IMG/VR virus record: IMGVR_UViG_3300025036_000013
Location: 1 to 25,898 of that record
Direction: 5' to 3' (one strand)
From: a virus
Taxonomy: Duplodnaviria; Caudoviricetes
Length of the DNA: 25,898 bases
How positions within the stretch are numbered: position 1 is the first letter of the stretch; every line of letters begins with the position of its first letter. The translations under genes were made by a program, and so were the position numbers. Positions 25,398-25,898 of the stretch are shown here, in pieces. Under the pieces are notes generated by a model, which saw nothing but the letters and a program-made list of their open reading frames with translations, ran no database searches and was not told where the DNA came from.

Positions 25398-25898
25398 CTA
25401 GGATAGGGATTCGTAATAATCAGGGTCCCCATCGTGGCTGGTAGGACCGAAAGCGTCCCCTGTGCTTATCTTGCTGACGGGAGCCTCGATACCAATCTGC
25501 CGCATGCAAACTAGGATATCTTTAGTGATCTTACGGATCTCGGTGTAGATATCTTTCCCGTCGGCTCCGGATAGGGAAGGCTGAAACACCGTATCCACCT
25601 TCACGGTAGCGGAAAGGATCTTGTAGACGATGAGCTGGGCAAATAGAGGAAGTATCAAGGTCCCGAAGCGCTGAATGGTATGAGGGTCGATGGAGTTCCG
25701 TCGAAACCATATAAGGTAGAAATCAATGACTTGATTCATGAGCACACGAGCTGCGTTGCAGGTGGATGCTCGCTCCTCGTTAGGCTTACCAAACTTATTG
25801 TACTTATAGTACCTCCCGGATAGATCCAGGCAGAACCCAGCAGCCGGACACAGCTTCCCGGAGCAGAGTGGAAGAAGATCCCAGAATGCTACCACGTA
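25398..25898 (-). CDS. Probable terminase small subunit, likely 5'-truncated by the window edge
   Basis: Directly upstream of terL, with the frame open to the window end. The C-terminal helix IYTEIRKITKDILVCMRQIGI resembles the ends of P27-type TerS proteins. N-terminal Cys cluster. Confidence 0.5.
   Translation of the reverse strand, partial: YVVAFWDLLPLCSGKLCPAAGFCLDLSGRYYKYNKFGKPNEERASTCNAARVLMNQVIDFYLIWFRRNSIDPHTIQRFGTLILPLFAQLIVYKILSATVKVDTVFQPSLSGADGKDIYTEIRKITKDILVCMRQIGIEAPVSKISTGDAFGPTSHDGDPDYYESLS

Noticed and set aside
1-25898. Contractile tail, gene transfer agent, CRISPR array, tRNA or stop-codon reassignment
   Set aside because: There are no sheath or baseplate wedge genes, and the very long tape measure gene fits a siphovirus-type phage. 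No spaced repeats or cloverleafs were noticed. Genes are full length in the standard code and use all three stops.

Overview
The window is one co-oriented (minus-strand) virion-morphogenesis operon of a long-tailed, siphovirus-type phage or prophage. Read from the right end, it encodes a probable small terminase (cut by the window edge), large terminase, portal, two small envelope-targeted proteins, a prohead protease/scaffold, a head decoration protein, a lambda-E-type major capsid protein and head-tail joining proteins. These are followed by a three-gene glycan-modification cassette (GT4-GT9 fusion glycosyltransferase, SAM methyltransferase, degenerate GT2-like protein), neck/tail-completion proteins and a Com-like zinc ribbon. 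The tail genes are the tail tube, a tail chaperone with a -1 frameshift site, a 2430-aa tape measure protein, a distal-tail-like protein, and a >756-aa Cys/Pro-rich tail-tip protein that runs off the left edge and is missing from the ORF track. The most notable candidate system is the glycosyltransferase/methyltransferase cassette, which is tightly joined to the structural genes, together with apparently homologous Ser/Thr-rich insertion domains in both the capsid and decoration proteins. This suggests a phage-encoded virion glycosylation (methylated glycan coat) system. All product calls come from motif recognition and gene order by eye; no database searches were run. No integrase, lysin, tRNA, rRNA or CRISPR array was seen.
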